From: Torpedo marmorata
Taxonomy: Eukaryota
Direction: 5' to 3'
Assembly: GCA_977017645.1 (NCBI GenBank)
Contig: CDRNVU010000045.1
Span: forward strand, 2,480,001 to 2,544,000
DNA: 64,000 nt
The notes under the pieces were generated by a model. The model saw only the letters and a list, made by a program, of their open reading frames with translations. It was not told the origin of the DNA and did not search any database. Within the stretch, counting starts at the first letter, position 1. The number at the start of each line of letters is the position of its first letter. This document shows positions 1-11,184 of the stretch, piece by piece. Both the position numbers and the translations under genes were made by a program.

Positions 1-37
1 TAGAAAGTTACTGTCTCGTTTGGTCAACCTGGAGGGC

Positions 38-2222
38 CATATAACCATATAACAGTTACAGTACAGAAACAGGCCATTTCGGCCCTTCTAGTCCATGCCG
101 AACACCTTCTCCCACCTCGTCCTACTGAACGGCACCCGGCCCATATCCCCCCACACGTGTCTCGTCCATTTACCTGTCCAACTAGACCTTCAACATTAAA
201 AATGAACATGCATCTATCACTTCGGCCGGAAGCTCCTTCCACCTTCCCACCAGTCTCTGAGTGAAGAAATTCCCCCTCATGTTTCCTCTAAAATCTTCCC
301 CCTTCAATCTCAATCTATGGCCTCTTGTTTGAATCTTCCCCACTAGCAATGGAAAAAGCCTGTCCACATTGACTCTATCTGTCCCCTTCATAATTTTAAA
401 TACCTCTATCAAATCACCCCTCAACCTACGTTCCAGGGAATAAATTACCAGCCTGTTCAACCTTACCCTGTAACTACAACCCAGAAACCCAGGCAACATT
501 CGTGTAAATCTCCTCTACACCCTCTCTGTTCTGTTTATATCTTTCCTGTAATTCGGCGAACAAGATTGCGTACAATATTCCAAATTTGGCCTCACCAATG
601 CCTTATACAACTTCAACATGACATCCCAACTCTTATATTCAATACTGTCATTTATGAAGGCCAACACACCAAATGCTTTCTTCATCACCCTATCAACGTG
701 TGACTTAACTTTCAGGGAATTATGTACCAGAATTCCTAAATCCCACTGTTCCACTGCACTTCTCAATTGTCTTACATTCAAGATGTATGACCTTTTCTGA
801 TTAATCCTACCAAAATGTAGCACTTCACATTTATCAGTATTAAACTCCATCTGCCATAGTTCCGCCCACTCTTCTAACTGTCCTATATCCCCCTGAAAGA
901 TTTGATATCCTTCTTCACTGTCCACAAAACCACCAATCTTCGTATCATCTGCATACTTACTAATTCAAATTACCAACCTATCATCTAGATCATAAATATT
1001 TATGACAAACAACAATGGACCTAGTACCGATCCCTTGGACACTCCGCGAGTCACCTGCCTCCAATTTGACGAACAATTTTCACACAGTACTCTCTGGCAT
1101 CTCCTATCCAAGCATTGTTGAATCCATTTCACTATTTCACTATTGCCAAATGTCTTACGAAAGTCCATATAGACAACATCCACAGCCTTTCCCTCGTCAA
1201 ATTTCTTGCTAACCTCATGGAAAAACACTATGAGATTTGTTAAACATGATCTACCACGAACAAAACCGTGTTCACTACTCCGAATCAATGCTTGTCTTTC
1301 CAAATATATGTTTACACCATCTCTAAGAACACACTCAATTAATTTATCCACCACCGATGTCAGACTCACAGCCCTATAATTTACAGGTTCACTTTTGGAC
1401 AATATGAGCTACCCTCCAATCCTCCGGCACCTCTCCCGTGGCCAATGTCGTTTTAAATATTTTTGTCAGAGCCCCCACTATTTGTACATTAACCTCCCTC
1501 AGGATCCTCGGGAATATCCTGTCAGGACCTGGAGAGTTATCCACCTTTATTCTCTGTAAAATAGCCAGTACTACCTCCTCATTAATCTTTATATTATCCA
1601 TGACATCACTGCCAGATTTCCTTACTTCAACTGGTTCAATATTCCTTTCCTTTGTAAATAATGAAGAAACAAATTCATTTAAAATCAAATCTCCCCCGTC
1701 GCTTCTGACTTCTCACATAGCCTACCCGTCTGATCCTCAATGGGCCCAATTTTATCCCTCACTATTCCTTTGCTTTTAATGTACCTGTAGAAACCCATTG
1801 GATTTATTTTTACCTTGCCTGCCAAAGCAGCCTCTTATCTCATTTTAGCCTTTCTAATTTCTTTCTTGATATTTTTTTACACTCCTTTTATTCCTCAAGC
1901 ACCTCATCGGTTCCCTGCTGTCAGTACCAGTTGTACACATCCCTCTTCTTCCGAACCAAATTCCCAATATTCTTTGAAAACCAAGCCCCCCTATATTTTC
2001 TAACTCTTCCTTTAATTCTCACAGGGACGAACCGACTTTGTACTCTCAAAATTTCCCCTTTAAATATCTTCCATTTATCTGTGACATCCTTCCCTGAAAA
2101 TAAATTACCACTCTCTAAATCCTTCCTCATCTCCTCGAAATTTGCCTTATTCCAATCAAGAATCTCAACCTTAGGCCCAGCCCTATCCTTCTCCATTATC
2201 AACCTAAAACTAATAGTGTTAT
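38..2222 (-). mobile_element. CR1 LINE, 5'-truncated ORF2 (RT) copy
   Basis: ORFs 1389-1688, 965-1402, 515-925 and 182-499 carry SPGPDRIFPR, NYRAVSLTS, YMDF and [16 protein letters not shown]. The (CCATATAA)n 3' tail is at ~38-52. Confidence 0.95.
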
Positions 2223-5200
2223 ATAACCATATAACCAAATAACATTTGAAGCACAGAAACAGGCCAGTTCGGCCCTTTGAGGCCATGCCGAACACATTCT
2301 CCCACCTCGTCCCACTGACCCGCACCCGGCCCATAACCCTCCACATCTCTCTCGTCCATATACCTATCCACCTTTTCATTAAAAATTAAAATTGAACCTG
2401 CATCTACCACATCGGCCGGAAGCTCGTTCCACCCTCCTACCACCCTCTGAGTAAAGATATTCCCCCTCATGTTTCCTCTAAACATTTCCCCCTTCAATCT
2501 TAATCCATGCCCTCGTTTTAATCTTCCCCTCTCTCAATGGAGAATGTCTGTCCACATTGACTCTATCTTTCCCCATCATAATTTTAAATACCTCTATCAA
2601 ATCACCCCTCAACCTTCTACGCTCCAGGAAATAAAGTCCCAGCCTGTTCAACCTTTCCCTATAATCTCCAACCCAGAAACCCAGGCAACATTCTTGTAAA
2701 TCTCCTCTGCACTCTCTCTCTTCTCTTTATATCCGTCCTGTAATTCGGCGACCAAAACTGCGCACAATATTCCAAATGTGGCCTCACCAATGCCTTATAC
2801 AACTTCAACATGACATCCCAACTCCTATATTCAATACTCTGATTTATGAAGGCCAACATACCAAATGCCTTCTTCACCACCCTATCTACGTTTGACTCAA
2901 CTTTCAGGGAATTATGTATCAGAATTCCTAAATCCCTCTGTTCTACTGCACTTCTCAATTGTCTTCCATTTAACATGTATGACCTTTGCTGATTAATCCT
3001 ACCAAAATGTAGCACCTCACATTTATCAGTATTAAATTCCATCTGCCATTTTTCCGCCCACTTACTGTCCAATATCCCCCTGCAAGATTTGATATCTTTC
3101 TTCACTGTCCACAACACCACCGATCTTCGTACCATCTGCATACTTGCTAATCCAATTTAACACCCTATCATCTAGATCATTAATATATATAGCACACAAC
3201 AATGGACCCAGTTCCGATCCCTGAGGCACTGCACAAGTCACCGGCCTCCAATTTGACAAACAATTTTCCACCACTACTCTCTGCCATCTCCTATCCAACC
3301 ATTGTTGAATCCATTTCACTACTTCGTCGATAATACCCAATGCTTGAACCTTCCTAACGAGCCTCTTATGCGGAACCTTGTCAAATGCCTTACTAAAGTC
3401 CATATAGACAACATCCACAGCCTTCCCCTCGTCAACCCTCTTAGTAACCTCATCGAAAAACTCTATGAGATTTGTCAAACATGATCTACCACGGGGACAA
3501 CCGTGTTGACTACTCCTAATCAATGCTTGTCTTTCAAAATTACTGTATACACCATCTCTAAGTACACTCTCCATTAATTTACCTACTACCGATGTCAGAC
3601 TCACAGGCCTATAATTTCCAGGTTTACTTTTAGAGCCCTTCTTAAACAGCGGGACAACATGAGCTACCCTCCAATCCTCCAGCACCTCCCCCGTGGCCAG
3701 TGACATTTTAAATATTTCTGTCAGAGCCCCCACTATTTGTACACTAACGTCCCTCAGGGTCCTCGGGAATATCCTGTCAGGACCTGGAGATTTATCCACC
3801 TTTATACTCTTTAAAATAGCCAACACTACCTCCTCATTAATCTCTATATTATCCATGACATCCATGCCAGATTGCCTGCCTTCACTTGGCTCAATATTAC
3901 TTTTCTTTTTAAATACTGAAGAACAAAATTCATTTAAAATCTCCCCCATCTCCTCTGACTTTTCACAAAGCCTACCCGTCTGATCCTCAATGGGCCTGAT
4001 TTTATCCCTCACTATTCTTTTACTTTTAATATACCTGCAGAAACCCTTTGGATTTATTTTTACCTTGCCTGCCAAAGCAGCCTCATATCTCCTTTTAGCC
4101 TTTCTAATTTCTTTCTTTAGTTTTTTTTACACTCCTTATATTCCTCAAGGACCTCATCAATTCCCTGCTGTCTATACCTGTTGTACACATCCCTCTTCCT
4201 CCGAACCATATTCCCAATATCCTTTGAAAACCAAGGCTCCATATATTTTCTAACTCTTCCTTTAATCCTCGCAGGGACGAACAGACTCTGTACTCTCAAA
4301 ATTTCCCCTTTGAATATCCTCCATTTATCTGTGACATCCTTTCCTAAAAATATATTATCCCAATCCACACCCTCTAAATCCTTTCTCATCTCCTCAAAAT
4401 TTGCCTTTTTCCAATCAAGAATCTCAAACTTAGGCCTAGCCCTATCCTTCTCCATTATCAACCTAAATCTAGTGGTATTATGATCACTAGACCAAAATTG
4501 TTCCCCAACAAAAAACTCTGTCACCTGACCTATCTCGTTACCAAATAGGAGATCAAATACTGCCCCCTCTCTCGTCGGTTCTTCTATGAATTGATTTAGA
4601 AAACTTTCCTGAACACATTTGATAAACTCCAACCCATCCAGCCCTATTTCTGTATGGGCGTCCCAGTCAATACGTGGAAAGTTAAAATCACCTATAATCA
4701 CCAACTTATGTTTATAACACATATATTCTATCCCCTACAAATTTTCTCTTCTAATTCCCTCTGCCCAAATAGCCTCACTGGACGAGCCCTCCAATCTATC
4801 CTGCCATAGCACCACTGTAATGTTTTCTCTAACAAGCAATGCGACCCCTCCACCTTTTACCCCCCTGTTCTATCACGCCTAAAACAACGGAATCCAGGAA
4901 TATTTAGCTGCTAATTATGCCCCTCCTGCAACTAGGTTTCACTGATGGCTACAATATCATATTTCCATTTATCAATCCATACTCTAAGCTCATCCACCTT
5001 TCTTACAATGCTCCTTGCATTGAAATATATAGACTTGAGAGAATGTCCCCCACATACACTCCTTTGATAACCCGCTCCTTCATTAACGTTAACATTCTGG
5101 TTCCTCTCTTCCTTCAAATCTAGATGTTCTTCTACCCTACTCTCCGCATTCTCATTCTGATTCCCACCCCCCTGCTAAACTAGTTTAAACCCTCCCCCAA

Positions 5201-5411
5201 CAGCTCTAGCAAACCTGCCTGCCTGGATATTGGTCCCCCTCCAGTTCAATTGCAGCCCGTACAGGTCAGACATTCCCCAGAAGAGATCCCAATGATCCAG
5301 AAATGTGAACCGCTGCCCCCAGCACCAAATCTTTAGCCACGCATTCATCCTCCACATCTTCCTATTCCTACCCTCTCTAGCGCGTGGCACAGGCAGCAAT
5401 CCTGAGATTAC
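2221..5411 (-). mobile_element. CR1 LINE, near-complete ORF2 plus C-terminal part of the SGNH-esterase-type ORF1
   Basis: Tail ATATAACCATATAACC at 2221. RT ORF 3062-4075 (YMDFSKAFDKVPH, YADGTK); endonuclease ORFs 4117-4722 and 4932-5117 (YFNARSI, AISET, GDFN, SDH); ORF1 end 5175-5399 (GLQLNWRGTN). Confidence 0.95.
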
Positions 5412-5928
5412 CGAACTCGTCGAAACAATATCCGTATTCTGGGAATCAAAGAGGGTATTGAGAATGGGAAGTCTCCTGTACAGTTTTTCACCGAGTTACT
5501 CACCGAGATATTTGGAACTGAAGCTCTAACTGGCAACCTCTTACTTGATCGAGCATATCGAGTTCCCTTTCCAAGGCAGTTGTCTGGAGACCGTGCAAGA
5601 GTGGTAATTGTTTGTTGCCATTATTTTCATGAGAAAGTACAGATTATTCAAGCGGCTCGTCGAAAGAAGCACTTGAATTACCAGGGCCAACCTATTAGTT
5701 TGGTTGAAGATATTTTCCCAGTGTTAATAGAGATGAAGTAGAAATTCTATTATGTTATGGCGATTTTCTTCAAAGAAGGTCTTAAACCAATTATGCAGTA
5801 TCCGGCTCGACTGAGAATTATTTAAAGATGGACAAAGAATGTACTTTAACACCGAAAAATAAGCTCTAACGGCACTTCCAAGCCTTATTTCTGCACCTTC
5901 TGATCTGCCGGTACCAGGAATGAATTAA
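5412..5928 (+). pseudogene. L1 ORF1p (RRM/CTD part), degenerate
   Basis: Manual translation: RTRRNNIRILGIKEGIENGKSPVQFFTELL...DRAYRV...IVCCHYFHEKVQII...YQGQPISLVEDI...YPARLRI, the typical L1 ORF1 motifs, with internal stops. Confidence 0.85.
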
Positions 5929-6106
5929 CTTTCTTGCTGCCACGGTAGTTGATACCATTCGGCAACAGGGGGGTTCTGGTGTTTGTCTGATTTTCTTTTT
6001 CTGTTTGTACATGTACCACTGTGAAAGAAGTGGGAAATTAGGTTTTTATAGTTAACAAAAGCATAGAAAGGAGAGGGGTTCCTTTCTTTTTCCTCCTCTC
6101 TTTCTT

Positions 6107-7471
6107 AATAAATATTTTATTTAAAATTCTTAAATCACACAATACATAGAAAAAAATGCAAAATTATCAAAATACATGTGATACATTTTCACCCCCCTCC
6201 CTTCCTCCCCTCCCTAACCCTCCCACATTTTCTAATCTACGAAAATAGAAAAGAAAGAAAGAAAGAAAAAGATTAAGTAAGGAGAATGTCAATCTGAAAA
6301 GGAACAACTATAAGATCATTCGTTAGGTTCGCCAGTCAGATCTGATACCAGAGATCTTCAAATCCTTAAACCAACCGTTTTTATACATGGGCTCCATATT
6401 TTCAAAAAGAATTGATATTTATTACGTACATTATAAGTAATTTGTTCAAGTCGTATAGCTGAACGAAGTTTTGCATGCCATCTTACTAACCCTAAATCTA
6501 CATCAGAATTCCATGTAATAGCAATGCATTTCTGAGAAACAGCTGAAGAGATTCGCAAAAATTCTATTTGGTACATATTTAATTTCATCTTAATACTAAT
6601 TATTTTAATATCTCCAAACAAAAATATCATAGGGTCTATTGGTAGTGTAATTCTTAATACTTTGTCTGAAACTTTTAAACTTTCAACCAAAAATCATATA
6701 TCTTTGGAAAAAGCCATGTAGAAGGTACAAAAGAACCTTGCTCTCTATTACATCTAAAACATAAACCAGATAATGTCGGATTAAATTTCTTTAATTTTTA
6801 AGGTGTTAAATATAATTGATGAAAAAAATTATATTGCACTAATCTATATCTAACGTTAATAATCTTCGTCATAATTTGTTTACATAATTATTTCCAATGT
6901 TCTTCGTCTATTATTACATTCAGATCTAATTCCCATTTTAATCTTGATTTATGAATTCCTACTTTAGGCATTTTTCTCTTTAACAATCTCTACATTTGAG
7001 AAATAAATGTATTTATACCCCCATTAGTAACCAACAATTCTAGTTCACTTTGTCTTCGTAAAATTAAACTATAACCCAACCTTTCAACTAAAAATGCTCT
7101 AATTTGATAATAAGCAAAAAGTGTATAGTTTAATACATTTAAATTTTCTTTCATTCTTTGAAAAGTAATAAATTTACTAGCTTCAAAACAATCATTTATT
7201 TTCTTAATTCACTTGTGGAACCAAATTTTAAATAATTGATTATCAATAGTAAATTGAATAAGTTTATTTTGATATAAAGGCATTTTTTCGAGAAATTAAC
7301 CCTTTCCCTCCTATCTGCCTATCCACTCTATTCCATATTTATAACAAATGTTTAAAAATAGGAGAGTTTTTCCCTGCTGTTAATAATAATTTAGAATTCC
7401 ATTTATAAATAACTACTTCTTTCAAATCTTCTCCTATATTATTTAATTACATTCTAATCCAAGCAGAAGAG
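6107..7471 (-). mobile_element. Younger L1 family (L1-B), 5'-truncated 3' fragment with 15-bp TSD
   Basis: ORF2 C-terminus (ORF 6358-6690) and G-rich 3' UTR. TSD CCTCCTCTCTTTCTT at 6092-6106 and 7472-7486. Confidence 0.92.
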
Positions 7472-7530
7472 CCTCCTCTCTTTCTTTTGTTAATTGGATA
7501 ATTAGTAATATAATAAGATTTTGTTCAGAC

Positions 7531-7750
7531 AGAATCATAATCATAATCAGAATTTATTGTCATGAACAAGTCATGAAATTCTGTGTTTTTTGGCAGCATC
7601 ATAGTGAAACCATTCATATTATTACCATCTTACGACCTTTCTATTAGAAAATATAAATAATAGTGCACGAAAAGTAAGGCAGTGTCTTTGGTTCATTGAT
7701 TATTCAGGAATCTGATGGCAGCGGGGAAGAAGCTGTCCTTGTGCCATTGA
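7531..7750 (-). mobile_element. 3' end of a Rex/Babar-type LINE with (ATCAGA)-like tail
   Basis: Tail AGAATCATAATCATAATCAGAATTTATTG followed by GGAATCTGATGGCAGCGGGGAAGAAGCTGTCC; the same tail recurs at 43719 and 46639. Confidence 0.55.
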
Positions 7751-8029
7751 TATCTGATGGGGACATGTTTCACTTACATTGTTAAGTTGAAATGGATGGC
7801 TAAAATTATTTTTTTCTCACAAAGAGTCGTTTAGAATCATTAGTATGGCAAGAATTGATATGTGGGTTTTTTTTTAGTAGGTTTAATTCCCTCTCTTGGA
7901 AAAATATGACCTGACTGTGGATTCAATCTAAATGATTTTAGTTTGAATAATTAATAAACATGTAAACTGCCCTAAATAGTTTTGAATTTAACAGGACGAT
8001 TTGTGATAATTGGACTGTATTAGTTTAAA

Positions 8030-8683
8030 TCGGAACAAGAGAAAATGGTGATCTGAGTTTGGTGTTTGTTTCAGTTTTAGTTTAGATGAGAACTATGAGA
8101 AAATGGCGAATTGGAATAGATGTTTTGTTTTAGTCTGTCTGAGAATAAAGACATAATAAATAGAAAATGGTGATTTGAAGCATATATGATGTCTTCGTTC
8201 AGATGAGAACGATACAAAATGGCGAATGGGGAACGTGCGTTATTTTAGTTTAGTCGAAAATATAGAGAAATGGCGATGAAAAGATGTTTGAGGTTGTAGT
8301 TTGGGGTAAAACAAAGAAAAAATTGGCGGCCGATGTCTCTGTTTAAATAAATTCTTTTGCGCATGTGCATAGAATGTACCAAATATTTCATAATCTACAA
8401 GGCTTAGTTTTAGTAACTCTGTCCATGTTTAGCCTTAGATATTTCAGTATATCTGAGATGATGGCGGTTAATTCCGCTTACATTATTTCTTTGCGATCGG
8501 GGTTTTTCGCACATGCACGTTGAGATAATGGCGATTACAACATGTTTGAAGTTTTAGTTTAGTGGGTAACAAAGAAGAAATGGCGGCCGATGCTTGTGTT
8601 TTAAGAAACACTATTGCGCATGTGCATAGAATGTATGTATATTTATGATGCATAATTTTAAATTGCTATGCACCAAATATTTG
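8030..8683 (+). repeat. Degenerate ~51-64-bp tandem repeat with YY1-type AAAATGGCG cores and NRF1-type GCGCATGTGC motifs, in the L1-A inter-ORF spacer
   Basis: ATGGCG/ATGGTG-type cores at ~8042, 8100, 8164, 8215, 8268, 8321 (TTGGCG variant), 8460, 8527 and 8578; TGCGCATGTGCA at 8358 and 8615. A higher-order ~260-bp unit is duplicated (8270-8525 vs 8526-8683 plus 10239-10380). Confidence 0.75.
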
Positions 8684-10223
8684 TTTTTATTTTATTTTAT
8701 TTAAAATTTTTAAATCACACATTACATAGTTTAAAATGCAAAATTATCAAAATACATGTGATACATTTTCACCCCACCCCTCCGCCCCCTCCCTCCCCTC
8801 CCTAGCCCTCACTAAAAAAAGAGAGGAAGAAGAAAAATATAAAGTAAAGAGAATGTCACTCTAAACAAAACAACTATAAACTAATTTTATTGTGGAGCAC
8901 AGGTTCGCCAGTCAGATCCAATATCCGGAGATCTTCAAATTCATAAACCGACATTTTTTATATGTGGGCTCCATATTTCCAAGAAGAAATTATATTTGTT
9001 ACGTAAATTATAAGTAATTTTTTCAAGTGGTATACATGAACGCAATTCAGCATGCCATCTTTCCAACCCTAAATCTACATCCGATTTCCATGTCATAGCA
9101 ATACATTTCTTAGAAACAGCTAAAGCAATACGTAAAAATTCTGTTTGATACATATTTAATTTCATTTTAACATTGATTCTTTTAATATCTCCAAACAAAA
9201 ATATCATAGGATCCATTGGGAGTGTAATTCTTAATACTTTATCTAAAAACTTTTTAACTTTCAACCAAAAATCATGTATCTTTTGAAAAAAACATGTAGA
9301 ATGTACAAAAGAATCTTCCTCTCTATTACATCTAACACATAAGCCGGATAATGTCGGATTAAATTTCTTTAATATTTTAGGTGTTAAATGTAATTGATGA
9401 AAAAAATTATATTGCACCAATCTATATCTAACATTAATAATCTTCGTCATACTTTGTTTACATAATTCTTTCCAATGTTCTTCATCTATTGTTAATCTTG
9501 ATTTATGAATTCCTGGTTTAGGCATTTTCCTCTGTAACTATCTATACATTTGAGAAATAAATTTGTTAACACCTCCATTAGTAACTAATAATTCCAATTC
9601 ACTCTGTCTTGGTAAAATCAAACTATGGCCCAACCTTTCAACTAAAAATGCTCTGATTTGATAGTAAGCAAAGATTGTATTATTTGCTACATTAAACTTA
9701 TCTTTCATTCTTTGAAACGTAATAAATTTATTAGCTTCAAAACAATCATTTATTTCCTTAATTCCCTTTTGGAACCAAATTTTAAATAATTGATTATCAA
9801 CAGTAAATGGGATAAGTTTATTTTGATACAGAGGCATTTTTCGAGAAATTGTCCCTTTCGCTCTTATTTCTCTATCCACTCTATTCCATACTTCTAACAA
9901 ATTTCTAAAAATAGGAGAATGTTCCCTCTTGTTAATAATAATTTAGAATTCCATTTATAAATAACTTGTTATTTCAAATTCTCTCCTATATTATTTAATT
10001 ATATTCTAATGCAGGCATAGAGTTTTTCTAATCAAACTTTCATTAATAAATTTTAATTGGGCTGCTTTATAGTAATATTGAAAATTAGGAAGTTGTAGAC
10101 CACCCATTTCATAATTCCAAGTTAATTTCTCCATACCTTCTCCAGCCAACTTTCCTTTCCATAAGAATTTCCTAATAATTAAATTTAAATTTTTAAAAAT
10201 TTTTGAGGAATTTCATAAGGAAT
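8684..10223 (-). mobile_element. L1-B 5'-truncated copy with perfect 15-bp TSD
   Basis: ORFs 8941-9525 and 9538-9900 (CxRC...H..C zinc-knuckle region). TSD TGCACCAAATATTTG at 8669-8683 and 10224-10238. Confidence 0.93.
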
Positions 10224-11184
10224 TGCACCAAATATTTGATAATGTACAAGGTTCACTTTTAATAACTCTGTCTCTGTTAAGTTTTAGAGTTTTTATTAAG
10301 TTTGATTGATGGAGGTAACCCCTCAGATAATTTTTTGCGCGAGCGAACGGGTTTTATTTCCTCGCGCATGTGCGTTAGAAACCTGCATGTTTGGGGAATT
10401 TTTTTTAGATACCGAACTTCGTTTGATGAGGTAGGCTTTGAATACGGTTTTAATACTTAATGATTTTTGTTTTATTATTGCATTTAAACTGAATGACATT
10501 GTAAATTTATTATAAGTTGGATAACCTATTAATTAAGTGTTGTATTAAACGAGGTATCAGGATGCATACATAATTCAATAATCTGTATGTGGAGGGATTG
10601 GTTGCGCATGCGCGTTGCAATTTTTCACCTGTGTCTTTCTTTTTTATTTTTTTTTAGTTACTGAGTTATCTTAGTACAGTACCAGAATACTGTAATTTAC
10701 TGGTGATTGCTTAGATTATGTAAATTTCCAAGAACATACGAATTTTCTTCTTGTCAGGATTTGGGACTGTACATGTATGTCCTCAGGAAGAACACTTGAT
10801 CACTGGCTGGGTCTTAAATATTTGATAGAAATCCTTTTTATATTGAATAACATTTTGAAGTGGAGAGTTAAACAACGATCCTTGCTTTTAAAATAGGTTT
10901 TGTTTTGTTGTTGGTTTATATTAAGGAGCATAAACATCATCAACGAAGTATTTTGGGTTAATTTTTATCTTTAGAGCAGATACCAACTTCGGTTGGAGAC
11001 CTTCAGAACGGGGTGGGCTGGAAGGAGGGTTATTATGGAATTAGTTAGGTTGGCAAGGTTACCGATATCTCATATTTTGTTTGCTTTACGTTTTAGTTTG
11101 GATCGGAATTTGTGGCCTCCAGATCTGGGTGGGGAGGCCGGGACATTCGCCCATTTGCAACTAAATTAATTATTTAATCGGAAG

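Noticed and set aside
1438-4483. Many plus-strand ORFs of 60-120 aa here, and similar ones at 21214-21940, 30669-31388 and 62187-62955
   Set aside because: Antisense shadows of CR1 or GPCR coding frames.
8030-8683. CRISPR-like reading of the periodic repeat
   Set aside because: Eukaryotic context, degenerate units with mutually similar 'spacers', and no cas genes.
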